DNA of 54,474 nucleotides, the filler included, from Sphacelaria rigidula (lineage: Eukaryota): NCBI GenBank assembly GCA_964200075.2. It is 4 parts of 4 records of this genome, joined end to end, with 100 filler letters (N's around TTAATTAATTAA, not from the genome) between each part and the next. Parts side by side here need not be neighbours in the genome. Positions count along the whole stretch, not along the records: positions 40,932 to 54,474 come from CAXNAA020002819.1; 3 more parts are not named here. The stretch is one strand, 5' to 3'. The notes beneath the pieces are model-generated. The model did not search any database. It saw only the letters and a program-made list of their open reading frames with translations, and had not been told where the DNA came from. A program made the translations under genes and the position numbers. Below, one piece after another: positions 47,055-54,474 of this stretch. Positions within the stretch are counted from its first letter, which is position 1. Each line of letters starts with the position of its first letter.

Positions 47055-50000
47055 TCAAGTACGCACCACGAGTGTTCCCCTAGGAACGACGAAGGGCGAA
47101 GCCGGAGGCTCTGAGGCAACACCCGAGGCGTTTGCGGCAGCCTCCTGTTCTCCTGATACAGGCCAGAAAATACACCCATACACACCCACACACACGAAGA
47201 CACACACGAGAAAAAAGTGAGCACGATGTGGCGAGCGTTTTCGTATCGTATCTGCGGTCCTCCTCTGCTCGATGAAGAACGGCCCTGTGATGGCAAACTT
47301 TGGCTGTCGGCTGATATTCTCCCAAATTCGTCCGGCAAGAAATAGCTCGTTTTGTCTTCGAGCGTAGTACAGACGTTGTACACACTCTTCAATCTTCTGC
47401 GGTTTACGTTTTCGCATAGTTCATGTGCAACAATCAACCAAATCGAATCAATTTATTTTCGATCAGATGGACGGTTGGCCACCGATGTCTCTGAAATTGA
47501 AATCATGCACAGTGTCAACGATCAACTAACTCAAATCGATTTAGGTTCAAATGGACAGTTAGCTCATGGATGTCTCTGCACCTGACTTCATGCGCCGTTC
47601 ATCTGCAACAATCAAGCAAATACAAAAAATGCGATCAAGTCAAAAGTTGGCCCATCCATGTGTGACTTATGTACGCATTTTTTCACAAGTAACGCATCGG
47701 TGTTGGGGAGAAACGTAAAGCACCTCACACGTAGGACAGAACATAACGTTCTACTCATTACACACGACTGGCGACATATTTTGACCTCTCCTGGACCCAC
47801 CATTCAATTCAGCGCGCACAAATGTCAGTATAATTCATCTATATGGATTATATGTTCCTATTGTGCAGACACCTTTGTTGTTCGACTGACCTTTTCCCGC
47901 CAGATTGGGGAACTGCAGCCCAAAAAAGCGGCCGATTCGAGGATTACAGGGAACTTCTCCACGACGGAAGAAACCGCGACTGATATAGTGCACTACTCAG
48001 TGTGATATTTTAAAGGTCTTCTGTTAGACATTTCGTGAACCGGCGCTTTTCTTTTCATGGTTATGTTGCTATCGAGGGGTAATTGTACATCGGCTATGGT
48101 CGTATTCTTTTCTCGTCATTCTTCTCCTCAACTTTGCTCAGCGAACGTTTCCATGTGTCGTTTTCAGTGCGTACATATATGCCTTGTGACTGCGGCTTAA
48201 TTCATAGCGGATCAGTTAATTTACCACAATCAATCTATCGATCAAGCAACCAGCAATTCTTCACCTGCATAGCTGCATATGAAGGCAGCCACCTTTTCGA
48301 GCTCCGCATTGTCCGCGCTCTCATTGCCCTCGTCTTCTCGTGCGGCAGCGGGGTACAAGACAGACGCCTGCTGGGCGTGTATGGCCTCTAGTGTCATCGC
48401 CTGTCTTACGCTTGTGGTCGACCTGTCAAAGGTGCAACCAGCATGTAGGTGCCGCAGGATCGTGGTCAACACATGAAAGATGGCGCGCACGGGAGTCAAC
48501 AGATGGTGTTTATCGTTGACAGTGCAGTACTGTACACTGTCGTGTGTATGGTATGGTATTTGGAAGATGGTTGAATACACGGTGCTCATCCGTCTTCAGG
48601 AGATCGACTCGTCGTCGGTCAATTATAAGGAATTGAGTTATGTTTCGTTTTACTTGTATTATAAATAGATAGCCAATTCTTCACGTTTAGATCTTTGATA
48701 TCTTTCACACAACTAGAAGGGTGAACGCGTACGAGCTGGGGCGGCCTACGACCTGAAGATCCTCCCACCCAACATATCTCAAGCGCTGCAGCGACCATAT
48801 CCCGTGGGGAGAGGAGCTGGCTCGAAAATTTCAAAATAACAGGCACGAGGTTTTTCGCCGTGCCACGGTGAGCATACTACGTCGTGAATATAGCACCGTA
48901 GATTGGATGAGATGCAAGTTCGGCCAACGCGAGGCATTAAACTTTGGAACAGTCAACATGTGTACGGCATAGTGCAGTAGTCGGCAGATGTCATGGTCCT
49001 ATCGTAAGCATCTGGAATGAACTTCGTAGCTTCCACTCCTCCACGTCACTGGCCTGTTCGGTGGAGACGGCACATGGCTCCGACCGTAACTCCAAATACC
49101 ATTCTATGTTCGGCATTCGGTACATGCCGTGTACTCTAGAGAAGCGTATCATGGACTGTCCCGTAAAGAGTGTGTTGATAGAATCATTAGTCAGCAGATG
49201 TCAGGCGCCGTGGTCAGTAGATGAAGATGGTGATGGAGCCAGTACAAGTGACTATGTAATCAGGTACTCAGTTAACTCGCATGTACTGCGCTGTAGTTGA
49301 TTGATTGACTATCACACATTAGCTGATTGCAACAATCCAGCCCCTGGCCAGGAACAGCGAAAATAGAACAGAATAATAAGAAGAAAAAAGAAAGAAAGAA
49401 ACAGAAAAAGACAGAAGCAACGATGGCCTCAGAAAGGAAGTAGTGTACGGTAGACACTGTAGTGTACGGTAGACACTGTGATTGACGTATCAGCGTTCGG
49501 GATTACAAGCTCTTTCCCGGGTTTTGTCGCGGTTAAAAGGTCTGCAGTAGATATGACGCAACATTTCCGGTGTACGGGGGACTTCGGGGAGCTTCGTCCA
49601 TCACCTCATGTGCAGAATCAAATGGAAGTCGCAGCCGTGTTGGTGTCATCGTTGAAACAAGATGTTTGCATCCTTCTCATCTACTATCGATGTTGCATGT
49701 ACGTGTACACATATATCAATATGAAACTTGAAACGGACAGAATTTCCATGTTCTAAGACGGGAACAAATACTGTATCTCGGACGCATCATCTTTTGAGAA
49801 TGAATTGCCCTTTGGCTTTTACCTTGGTACAGTGGTTGTGCTTCTAGTAGTAGTGGCGTCGGGAGAAGCGGCCTCGTTGATGCCGCTCTGGAAATATGGC
49901 CCTTCTTTTCGCTTCACTCGCATCCCTGCCTTCGTTCGGTCGTCGTCAGAGGGGACTGCAGTAGGCGCTGTAGAAGTAGTGGCAGCTGGCGCTGCTGAGT

Positions 50001-51666
50001 CTAGGATCGGCGCCGCAGACATGCTCGCCAAAGCCGACACAGCCTCGGAGACAGTCGGGCTGCTTTCAAGCACCATATCCATCACATCTACAAGCACGGA
50101 AAGTACGGGAGACAAATGTTAGTTGCTGTATAACGTAGTGGTTTTCAAAAGTTACGTTGAACAAAAAAGAGACCCGGACAGGCAGCGGGGCAGCACGGGT
50201 GCGGCAGTGGCGGCGGTGGTGGCGGCAGCGACCTCGAGGCTTACGCATGACGACCCATGCCGCACTCCCACACTGTACTGGAGCAGCGGGGTGGGAGCGC
50301 ACTCTCATCCTTCCGCACTTCCGTATATTCGAGCGTACTCACGATGGATATGTCGTGGCCTCCTCAATCAGTGACATCGCATGCTACATGTCATGGCCGA
50401 ATCGAGCTTTCCGCTCAGGGTGCGTTTCACAATGGCTGTGCGTGCTGCTGTAGTAGGACGATGCCGTACTTTGCTATATTGGCGCAGCCTGTTACTCGCG
50501 TCTTCAACATATACGTGATCTTTCTCGCCATGGTGGAGAAATTCAAACAACTACCGTGGCCCGTTTTGTTGTCTCGCTGGAGGGGCGACCGCAGATTGAT
50601 TCCTTTACTTTTTCTCCACGTAAGCCATGGGGAGGTGGCTCACCAGATAGTCAGTCCTATCCCCCTAAACAATACACGTGCTGTTGTATCGCACAGCCAT
50701 GCCGACAATATCGCTCGCAACTGTAGCCCGTATAAGGCCGGCTCGTGTACTCGTGGAAATTCGCCCTCAACCGCCAATGACTACTCCGCAGGTAAGGGCC
50801 ATTTCTAGCAGACAGCCCATCGTGCGAAAATCTATCGTTAATACGAAATCTCGTCGAATGCCAGAGAACGTTTGCCTCCCATTTTGCATCCAAAACCCCT
50901 CCAATGGATGCAAATTTCGGGTCAAATATCGAATGTCAATTATCCGAGGCAGACGCTCTGTCCAGCATACCGTGGGTACCACACATAGCCCACCTATACG
51001 CGCTGTATGACCATTTTCTCCGGGACAGTTTTGGGCTGTTTAGTTTTTTTTTTTTTTTTAGGGGGGGGTATTGTAGAAAGTGTCCATCGTAATCCTGCAG
51101 CATAAGGAATGAGTTGAGCACAGTTATGGGTGGGACTCGGGCCCGATTTTGGGTACTATATTTCGGGAAAATGGATTACGAACGCTATATGCGTAAGAAC
51201 TGGATCGTAATCAGGCGAATCATATCAATCGAAAATACATGCGTCACCTAGAAACAACGACCTGGCTCATATAACATGTACTATGAACATAGTACATATC
51301 TTCAAGCCTGTAGGTGCTCGGTGTTGAGATGATATTGTTCCTCTCCGAATAACTCGCTTCAGATCAGTGGGTGGAAACTCTTGGTGCACTAGTGTTTAGC
51401 TGCTGTACTACTCGGGAAGCGCACGCCCCCGAGCTGCCACCCCACGTTTACCACCATTGCGAAGGTAACAAGACAAGAACACGAACAGCAGCAGTTGTGG
51501 CCGCCACACACCAGCGCATCTGCAGTGAAAGGCGTGCCTGACATCGTGCTAGAACGAGAAAGTACGGAAATTTGGATACCATGAGCAGTAGCGTCGCGCA
51601 TCCCTTGGGTTCTGTCTCGAAAACGTCTGTCACAAGACGGCCGTGTTTCATCGGTGAACTCGTCCT
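47055..51666 (-). CDS. Possible spliced gene of unknown function (Ala/Ser/Glu-rich). Candidate exons 51666-51580, 50087-49823, (48816-48753), ~48403/48387-48265, 47152-47055
   Basis: The segments have pyrimidine-rich AG acceptors and GT donors. The 51580|50087 and 48265|47152 junctions are phase-consistent (TAH-DVMDMV..; CSYA-GEQEAAA..RT*). The middle junctions are uncertain, and no start codon or family motif was recognised. Confidence 0.3.
49297..49437 (-). repeat. 3' end of (TCAA)n-tailed repeat family D
   Basis: Matches 21408-21550. Confidence 0.72.
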
Positions 51667-53177
51667 CTACAAGCCAAGGGGTGAAAGGGCATTCGCTCAT
51701 GATAAGTGAGGTTGTCCTTTGTAAAATCCCCGCAGAACAGAGCAGCACATGGCGGACCGCCACCAAAGCAAATGTCGTGACATTGGTGCCAAAAAATAGC
51801 ATATGGTCGAAGATGCAAGTTGGTGTAAATCGCATGGTTCACATATTTTTTTTCAGTATGTACAGGCAGTCAGTTGAAACATCGTGGCTCTGCTGACCTG
51901 TCCATACATAGTCAGTGTGTAGTCTGAAATAAAAATCGTCCTTGGCGCCCTGGTTTCTCCGCTGGAACCCTCAGATCCAACAGCCGAAGTTCATGTGTTA
52001 CGTCGCCCTCTGCAACTCAATACATGAAGGGTACTCGCTGTTGAAAGGCTAATTTGCTCATTGTGCACAGCCGTACAGAACGAAGCAGTACCTGGCGGCA
52101 CGCCACAAAGTGAAACACCGTCACACACTGCTTGCTGCAAAACACAAATATACGGCCCGAAACGAAGCTTTCGACCGTAGCATAGTTTGCATCTCAATCT
52201 TATATCAGCGTATAGAAACAGATAATTACTGAGTACATGATCACAACAGTCGCCAGCAGATGTAAGGCAGTGCAAGTACTACAATCGCTCTAGACGCCTC
52301 GGCTTCTGCACCGGAGCTCTGACACGAAGCAGCCGCTAGCTTTGTCTTTCTTCTGTGAACTCCCCCTCTGAAATTCGACCCTTGAATGGATTCTCGCTGT
52401 TGAAAGGCGAAATTTCCTTTTGTGCACAACCGCAGAGAACTAAGCAGCAGCGCCTGCCGAAACGCAACCAAGCTGCATGTCGTGACAACTTGCGGCGAGA
52501 AAAAACAACATGCGCACCGATTGTTTTGAATTTGCAATGTTGGACCTCTAATGGCCCTAGATACTAATCCTCGACCCAAAAGTGCCGATCGCGCAACGCG
52601 TAGAACTCGGCGACGACGCAGAGGATTGGGCTGCAGTTTTTTGCGTACGCTTCCCACACACCCAAGCTAGGTAAACCTATTTCACTCTTTCGTTTGAGCG
52701 TGATATCGAGCCGCAACAAACCCAAACGTACAAAAATGAGGTGTTTTGCGCTCTGGGAGGGAGGTTTCTCGCTGCTGGCGCGACGCCAGGAAAATGTGAA
52801 ATGGAATCCCCTAGATCTTGTGTGTATGCGGGGGGAGGTGAAGTGCCGTGGGCTGGCTTGCTTCCTGTGTCGAGAACGGCGCGATCTTCCGTGCTAGAGC
52901 TGTCCCATAGTAAACCAAGTTTATAAGTGATGAAGCGTGCGTTCTGCTCGAGAGGGCCTCGGCATAGGTGCGACCACCTACTGACGTGTTCATTATTCCT
53001 CCGCACTTCTGTTTTTTTCTAGTTTGCCGCTGATTTTCGGTCGTTAGGCCCTCCAGTCCCACCCATAACAGTGATACATATGCTGCGGTAGTTGGGAACC
53101 AGCTCTGTTACTTCCTTGACATAACGTGTCTCTTTCTTGTTGGCGAAAACTAAAGCATTCTCCATCATGGTCAGGGT

Positions 53178-53246
53178 CGGCGACCGAATTGCATAGAAGA
53201 CTGAGCGACCGAATTGCATGAAAGACTTGGCGACCGAATCGCGTAG
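53178..53246. repeat. 26-bp tandem repeat, about 3 copies
   Basis: GCGACCGAATTGCATAGAAGACTGA / GCGACCGAATTGCATGAAAGACTTG / GCGACCGAATCGCGTAG. Confidence 0.8.
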
Positions 53247-54199
53247 ACGGTAACGGACAATACAGACAAAAAACATTGCAACTGCACGTTGTTCAAACCT
53301 TTTTCACATCCTACTGCACAAAACCACTTGCATACACTGTACGCAGACAGCGCAGACAGTGTAGACAGGAAGTACAGTACTGTCTATACCGATTACAAGT
53401 CATCAGGTATCGCTTCGAGAATTCCATCGTCTTTTGCTTCTGCGCTTGCAAACTCGCTCGGACACAAACCGTGCAAACCAAATGAATTCGGTCGAATCAA
53501 TGTCACGGAATGTCGTTCGATTCAAAACTAATTTGAAGAAGATACCCCCCCGAGATCGCGGAAGAAAAAAAGTGATTGAAATCGGTGGTAGGCAAGAGAT
53601 GGTCCAGTAGTACTTGCACGAGCTGGGCCAGCCTAGAAGCTGGCTGATCTGTAGGTTGCAGGCAGTTCCTCAGCAAAGTTTCGAGGGTTGTGCTTTGAAG
53701 CTTTGTGCAGAGAACCGCTAGGTCATGAAAAAACAAAATGACTTGGAACCTTGATTATTTTCATGAGTAACGGCAAAAATACAATATCCAGATTTGTACA
53801 AAACGTTCCTAACTCATGCAAACCTCAAGGTCGCATTTTTTTTTTCAGTATGCCCTAGCGATTCTTCATACCGAACTTCAAAGTGCAATTCTCGAAACTG
53901 AGCTGAGAAATCCAGATGTACAGGCTGGGTCTTCTTCATGAGTGAAGGGCAAAAAGCAAAACTCATTTTCCACAAAAACGCCCTCAACTCGTGAAGAAGG
54001 GGGGGAAATCTTGATGTCTCTCACAGTTTCCCTTTATTTTACCCTTGCGATACGCCAAGCCAATTTTCAAGGCACAACTCTCAACACTGAGACGCGAAAT
54101 CCAGGTTTAGTGCATCTCCTCGTAACATATTGTGATTGGTGTGGCATATTACGTGCACCAGATCGATAGATAGATATGCATATCGTTCAGGTTTGTCTA

Positions 54200-54415
54200 G
54201 ACTCTACTCAATTTTTGGGTAGATTGAGAACGGCCTCAAATACCCGGCTCAAGGTTTAGGTAGACTAAGTACGACCTCAAATACTCTACTCAAAATTTGG
54301 GTAGATTGAGTACGGCCCCCAATACTCGACTCAAATATTGAGTAAGCACTCTCAGCAATACTTGAGTGTAGACTATCACTTGGGTATGACCTCGAATACT
54401 CTACTCAATTTTCGG
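54200..54415. repeat. ~40-bp minisatellite with quasi-palindromic units
   Basis: The unit is approximately TACTCTACTCAATTTTTGGGTAGATTGAGTACGGCCTCAAA, with 3-4 full copies plus partial copies. Confidence 0.75.
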
Positions 54416-54416
54416 G

Positions 54417-54474
54417 TTGTTGCTGTTGTTGTTGTCTTCACATTAAAAGCCGTTCCGATATCTGCGCGGTACAT
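54417..54474 (-). mobile_element. 3' end of (CAA)n-tailed family C at the window end
   Basis: The reverse complement GCAGATATCGGAACGGCTTTTAATGTGAAGACAACAACAAC matches 13646-13720. Confidence 0.72.

Noticed and set aside
52030..52520. ~110-bp diverged direct repeat (near 52032 and 52391); also a 19-bp doublet at ~49440-49478
   Set aside because: Real but ordinary local duplications with no supporting element structure.

Overview
Eukaryotic, intron-rich, transposon-dense DNA, most likely from a brown alga (Phaeophyceae, Ectocarpus-like). This is inferred from the gene structure, a signal+transit plastid presequence and TTAGGG repeats. The window is not one locus: four contigs of 13545, 13543, 13543 and 13543 bp are joined by identical 100-nt N/TTAATTAATTAA/N linkers, apparently sorted by length. 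Contig 1 holds a 3'-truncated GLOD4-like glyoxalase gene (minus strand, with a GC-AG intron) head-to-head with an uncharacterised Rossmann-motif protein gene (plus strand, 3'-truncated). Contig 2 holds a complete 9-exon CtpA/S41 C-terminal processing protease (516 aa) with a tripartite plastid-lumen presequence. Contig 3 is almost entirely decayed transposons: APE+RT LINEs, a deleted Ty3/gypsy element, MITEs and a 296-bp foldback. Contig 4 has repeats and a weak candidate gene. The most notable candidate system is a non-coding SINE-like family sharing a ~75-nt, oligo-C-terminated 3' tail with the local LINE. No database searches were run.
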